Shown piece after piece: positions 60,430 through 64,000 of a stretch of 64,000 nucleotides of DNA; the first letter of the stretch is position 1, and each line of letters opens with the position of its first letter. This DNA comes from an uncultured delta proteobacterium (lineage in GTDB: Bacteria; Desulfobacterota; Binatia; UBA9968). Position numbers and translations under genes: made by a program. Location of the stretch: assembly GCA_963804165.1 (NCBI GenBank), contig CAWDPO010000043.1, forward strand, positions 64,001 through 128,000, read 5' to 3'. The notes under the pieces were generated by a model that was not told the DNA's origin, made no database searches, and saw only the letters and a program-made list of their open reading frames with translations.

Positions 60430-60444
60430 GCATTATCCGCACCA
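60430..60444 (-). promoter_or_regulatory. sigma-54 promoter (weaker match)
   Basis: TGGTGCG-GATA-ATGC on the minus strand. Confidence 0.5.
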
Positions 60445-60751
60445 CGCCGTCGGACGGTCAGTGAAATATCAAAGAGCGCTTTTCGGATTTGGAGAATGAC
60501 CAGCAAGTTTACCCCACTCCAAGGTCAAATAGAGAGCAAATATTGGTCGCTTTATCGCTTCACTGGCTTCGGTCCGCAGGATTGCGAAGAATCCCCTGCC
60601 CATCCTCGCAAAGACGCGAACAGTTTTTACTCGATCACGGAACCATTCCACTTCTTTTGGCGCCGCCCCGTCTTGGACGACGTAGCCTCGATTTATCGGT
60701 CTTGATCTCGCGCGAATTCGAACTCCCACGAAAGCATCGGTACGGCAAATT

Positions 60752-61315
60752 TTAGTTCCCGATCTGACCGACTCCTTGTCCTACACCGCCCCTAAATATG
60801 GTTCCGAACAAGTCGCTTTTGTAGGTTCTGGTCGACTCCGCCTGATAGAAATTGTCAGGCTTACTCGGCGAATTGATCAGCTTTCCTTCATAAAAGACGA
60901 CATACCTGATGAACTCCGGGCCGGTTTTCGTGGTGACCACAGAAACGGGGGAATCGAAAATTAATCGACTCTCAATATCGCGGAACCTTATTTCGATAAT
61001 TCGATGTTTGCCAAGGTGACCCCGGAATTGTTCGAGTTCTTGGGGAGTCCCGATCAACTGGGTGGCGCCGTACAAAATTCTTTGTTTTTCTTCAGCCGTC
61101 ACAACTTCGCGCACGCCTGGTGTCGTTCGCTTGATCTCGAGCAGTTCAAACACTTCGTCGACTTCCATGCCAGTTTTCAGCAATTCGAGCTTGGCTATTA
61201 AGTCCTCTGGGGTTTGCGCAACATCTTTAGGAATAATCGTCGTTCGCGAAACCGGTATCCCACATCCAGCAAACAAAATAAAAAACGAGAACAACATCCC
61301 CGCCAATCTCATCAT
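60752..61315 (-). CDS. hypothetical lipoprotein; start uncertain
   Basis: Hydrophobic signal ending LFAGC; LKTGMEVDEV..LL (SmpA/OmlA-like segment). Confidence 0.65.
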   Translation of the reverse strand: MMRLAGMLFSFFILFAGCGIPVSRTTIIPKDVAQTPEDLIAKLELLKTGMEVDEVFELLEIKRTTPGVREVVTAEEKQRILYGATQLIGTPQELEQFRGHLGKHRIIEIRFRDIESRLIFDSPVSVVTTKTGPEFIRYVVFYEGKLINSPSKPDNFYQAESTRTYKSDLFGTIFRGGVGQGVGQIGN

Positions 61316-61802
61316 GCGCCTCGCCAAGAAGTTTGAATCACCGGCAGTTCTCAAATCGTCGCTCACAACGACCTTCGGTAGCTTCTTTTTGTATAAAACC
61401 AATTGAGCAACCGACGTGTCATTCAGTTTCCTTTATCGCTGCATGACCTAAGCCGTGACACTAAACTGGCGAGGAGTGCCGGTTATAGAGAATGCTGTCG
61501 TTTGTGCGCAGAGCTGCTTCACTTTCATGAAGCAAATTCTCCGTTTCCCCCCTCTGGGGCCTAGCCACTCCTTCGCTAAATTGGCAGGTTCGACTGCATC
61601 GGAAGGTCTTCTCCTCTACCGCGGTGGTTTATCTCCGGATTTTTTAAACTTGCGAATCCATCCCACCCCTTATTGCCAAGAATAAAAATTCTAAGAACAT
61701 AAACGTCATAAAATCGCGCAATTCCAAACATCACAAACTTTGCACCGAAATTGCTTTCTATACATAACCAGGGGCGAAAACTTACCGAGGAGGAGGTCGA
61801 AA

Positions 61803-62030
61803 ATGAAAAAATTAATGTTGGTGTTAATGATCACGATGGGTCTCAGCCAATGGGGCTGCGAGTTCATCGGGGGAGCGGCGGTAGGAGCCGGCGCGACAGG
61901 CGCAGGGTACGAATATAACGCCTATCGCCAGATGCAAAAGCTGGAGGAGGATTTCAAAGCTGAGAGAATATCGCGTCGAGAATACGAAGAGCGCAAGAAA
62001 CAGATAGAAGCAGGATCAATCATCTATTAA
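61803..62030 (+). CDS. small lipoprotein with glycine-rich segment and SHOCT-like tail
   Basis: MKKLML...WGC, GGAAVGAGATGAG, ISRREYEERK; RBS GGAGG. Confidence 0.75.
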   Translation: MKKLMLVLMITMGLSQWGCEFIGGAAVGAGATGAGYEYNAYRQMQKLEEDFKAERISRREYEERKKQIEAGSIIY

Positions 62031-62133
62031 CCGTGGCAGGGGTTCGTTGCTCGCGTATTCGTTATTTGTGGATTCGTTATTCGAACCCACAAGTAACCAA
62101 GAATGAGTAACTCTAAATCAAAAGGAGGTATTT

Positions 62134-62445
62134 ATGTTACGGGCATTTAAAAGGTTAACATTGGCGGTGGCATTTCTACTCTCGATAGCCGGCTGCCAAG
62201 CAATGACCGGTGAAACCGCCGGGCAGAACATCGATGATGGCACCCTTACGACCTATGTGAAGACCCAACTCGCAGGAGAGCGGCTTAACACCCTGTCACG
62301 GGTGGGAGTCGAGACCAACAATGGGGTGGTTTATCTAACCGGCGAAGTCGAGACCGCCGCGGAGAAGTCGCGCGCTGGAACGGTTGCCGGGCAGGTAAAG
62401 GGCGTCAAACGGGTCGTCAATAACCTGCAAGTGATCAAGCGTTAG
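62134..62445 (+). CDS. BON-domain lipoprotein (OsmY-like)
   Basis: IAGC lipobox; DDGTLTTYVK...VETNNGVVYLTG...VKGVKRVVNNL. Confidence 0.93.
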   Translation: MLRAFKRLTLAVAFLLSIAGCQAMTGETAGQNIDDGTLTTYVKTQLAGERLNTLSRVGVETNNGVVYLTGEVETAAEKSRAGTVAGQVKGVKRVVNNLQVIKR

Positions 62446-62479
62446 AGACAAACTGAGCTTAATCAAAGAGGGTAAACGC

Positions 62480-62767
62480 ATGAGAACCAAGGGCGAGTCC
62501 AATTTCCCCTGCTTGCTTATCGGTCTGGGCCTGGGGGCCATCGGTGGGCTGATGGCTGCGCTGCTCACGCGCAAAGAAACGCGGGAATTGCTGCGCGCGC
62601 GCAGTTCCGAGGCGCTCGACTACCTAAGTCAGCGGGGGAAGAGACTGCGCGAGACCAGCGAAGGAATCGTCGAAAAAGGAAAGCAACTTATGGGTTGTCG
62701 CTGCTGCTCGGTTGACGCGGCTACGCAAGTCCACCACGAAGAGCGGCGAGAAACATTGGGTGAATAG
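62480..62767 (+). CDS. YtxH-like general stress protein
   Basis: LIGLGLGAIGGLMAALL...ETRELL followed by a coiled tail. Confidence 0.7.
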   Translation: MRTKGESNFPCLLIGLGLGAIGGLMAALLTRKETRELLRARSSEALDYLSQRGKRLRETSEGIVEKGKQLMGCRCCSVDAATQVHHEERRETLGE

Positions 62768-62809
62768 GAGATTCGAGATGGTGGGCTTATAGCCGGAGAG
62801 GAGTTGAAC

Positions 62810-62959
62810 ATGCTTTGGACTGTAATTGTGATTCTCTTGATCATGTGGGCACTAGGACTGGTCACTTCGTACACGATGGGTGGCTTCGTCCATATCCTAT
62901 TGGTCATTGCCCTGATAGTTCTCGTGGTCAATCTGATTCAGGGGCGAAGAGTCTGGTAG
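62810..62959 (+). CDS. lmo0937-family small membrane protein (49 aa)
   Basis: MLWTVIVILLIMWALGLVTSYTMGGFVHILLVIALIVLVVNLIQGRRVW*; RBS GAGGAG; below the ORF-track cutoff. Confidence 0.88.
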   Translation: MLWTVIVILLIMWALGLVTSYTMGGFVHILLVIALIVLVVNLIQGRRVW

Positions 62960-62992
62960 CCATTTGAGCGTTAGGAAAAGAGAGGAACTTGT

Positions 62993-63220
62993 ATGCGCAT
63001 CAATCCGATAACGCTGGTGGGGATCGCTCTCATCCTTCTCGGGGTCGTGGCTTTTGCTTACCAGGGCATCACCTACACAAGCCGTGAGAAGGTTATCGAC
63101 ATCGGCCCCTTCCAAGCCACCGCCGAGACCCAAAAGACCATCCCGCTTTCACCGGTCTTGGGCGGCTTGGCGCTTGTAGGCGGGATCGTGTTGGTGATGG
63201 TCGGAGCCAAAAAGTCATAG
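62993..63220 (+). CDS. DUF3185-like two-TM small membrane protein
   Basis: GIALILLG...YTSREKVIDIGP......KTIPLSPVLGGLALVGG. Confidence 0.8.
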   Translation: MRINPITLVGIALILLGVVAFAYQGITYTSREKVIDIGPFQATAETQKTIPLSPVLGGLALVGGIVLVMVGAKKS

Positions 63221-63294
63221 GTCGATCTGGGGTTCAAGGTCGTGCTTGCAATGAGACTTGGATGATTCTGCGATGAGTTGCACAGGAGGTGATC

Positions 63295-63378
63295 ATGATG
63301 ACGAACTTGCTTTGGACTGTAGCGATCGCAATCGTCGTCATTTGGCTGGCAGTCCAGCTCATAAGGGGACGAATCTAA
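63295..63378 (+). CDS. 27-aa single-TM peptide, resembling an internally deleted lmo0937-type gene
   Basis: RBS AGGAGGT; MMTNLLWTVAIAIVVIWLAVQLIRGRI*. Confidence 0.5.
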   Translation: MMTNLLWTVAIAIVVIWLAVQLIRGRI

Positions 63379-63499
63379 AGAGAAAGATCTAAGGGTACTT
63401 CAGCCGCCGCGGTTGGTCGCGTGAATGAGCAACGACCGAACGAATCCTTAGACAGTAGACAAGGATGTAATCGTTGTGGGCGTCGAAAAATACACGTCC

Positions 63500-64000
63500 A
63501 TGAAACAGCAGGCTCTTCGAGCTGACCCGTTCAAGGAACGATTGCGTGAGTCATTGCAGCGGGAGACCCTAAATTCTCGCGCCGTCAAGATTGCGAGACA
63601 CGCCAATGTGTACACCTGTGGCGATCAAGACGAGATGGTCTACTTCATTGAGAGCGGGCAGATCAAACTGCTCATGCTCTCGTCTGAAGGTAAAGAGTGC
63701 TTGCTTGCCATCCACAGCAAGGGAGATATTTTCGGTGAGTTATGTCTGTCCGGGTCAGGGTCACGTCGGGAAACCGCCACTGCGATGGAAGAAACGATTT
63801 TAAAAAAAATACCCGGCAGCCAGTTCCTGGCGCGTTTGAGCCGCGACTCGTTGCTTGAGGGGTTTGTTAGATACCTGGCCATGCGCGTCGCCGAGCAACA
63901 GCAAGTGATCGCGAATCTGGTCACGGTGGACAGCGAGCAGCGACTGGGCAAGACGCTGTTGCAGTTGGCGCACACGCTGGGCAAGAGAGGCCAACAGAGC
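63500..64000 (+). CDS. Crp/Fnr-family transcriptional regulator, truncated by the window end
   Basis: VYTCGD...VYFIESGQIKL...GKE...GDIFGELCL...R.ETA.A...SEQRLGKTLL (cNMP-binding fold and C-helix). Confidence 0.9.
   Translation, partial: MKQQALRADPFKERLRESLQRETLNSRAVKIARHANVYTCGDQDEMVYFIESGQIKLLMLSSEGKECLLAIHSKGDIFGELCLSGSGSRRETATAMEETILKKIPGSQFLARLSRDSLLEGFVRYLAMRVAEQQQVIANLVTVDSEQRLGKTLLQLAHTLGKRGQQS

Noticed and set aside
1-64000. FNR/FixK boxes (TTGAT-N4-ATCAA) as the island's control element
   Set aside because: I found no convincing copies in the promoter regions by eye; sigma-54 sites and a different palindrome explain them. A PWM scan would be needed to exclude weak sites.
1-64000. 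CRISPR array, tRNA/rRNA genes, prophage or transposase
   Set aside because: I recognised no regularly spaced direct repeats, structural RNA genes, integrase, transposase or virion genes. Repeats here are explained by paralogous USP and PAS coding sequence.

Overview
A 64-kb bacterial chromosomal segment, plausibly from a Deltaproteobacteria-like (Binatia-type) metagenome assembly; the taxonomy is inference only. It is almost entirely a low-oxygen/dormancy stress island. It encodes 9 universal stress protein genes (including an array of five tandem-USP genes behind hsp20), 6 stand-alone CBS proteins, 2 hemerythrins, 3 ferritin-like proteins, an Rv2004c-like kinase/AAA protein, a BCAM0308-family protein, GAPDH, pyruvate:ferredoxin oxidoreductase, a formate/nitrite channel, cardiolipin synthase, and a PTS-EIIA-fused Na+/K+-ATPase-like pump. 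The main discovery is the regulatory wiring. I find 19 correctly spaced sigma-54 (-24/-12) promoters, 12 of them in six divergent pairs. A recurring palindrome (consensus TTTCGCA-N4-TGCGAAA) occurs in pairs offset by exactly 31 bp at nine loci. One pair lies directly upstream of an NtrC-type sigma-54 activator, whose neighbouring histidine kinase carries two FixL-type heme-PAS domains. Together these suggest an O2-sensing, sigma-54-driven analogue of the DosR/lxa dormancy regulons. Also present: an OmpR two-component system with three ArnT-like transferases and an LmtA-like methyltransferase, a lone AEP primase, duplicated microproteins, deletion scars of a PDH operon, a MITE-like element, and a general-stress small-protein cluster ending in a Crp/Fnr gene cut by the window edge. 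Many single-base frameshifts (mainly 15-31 kb) are probably sequencing/assembly errors.
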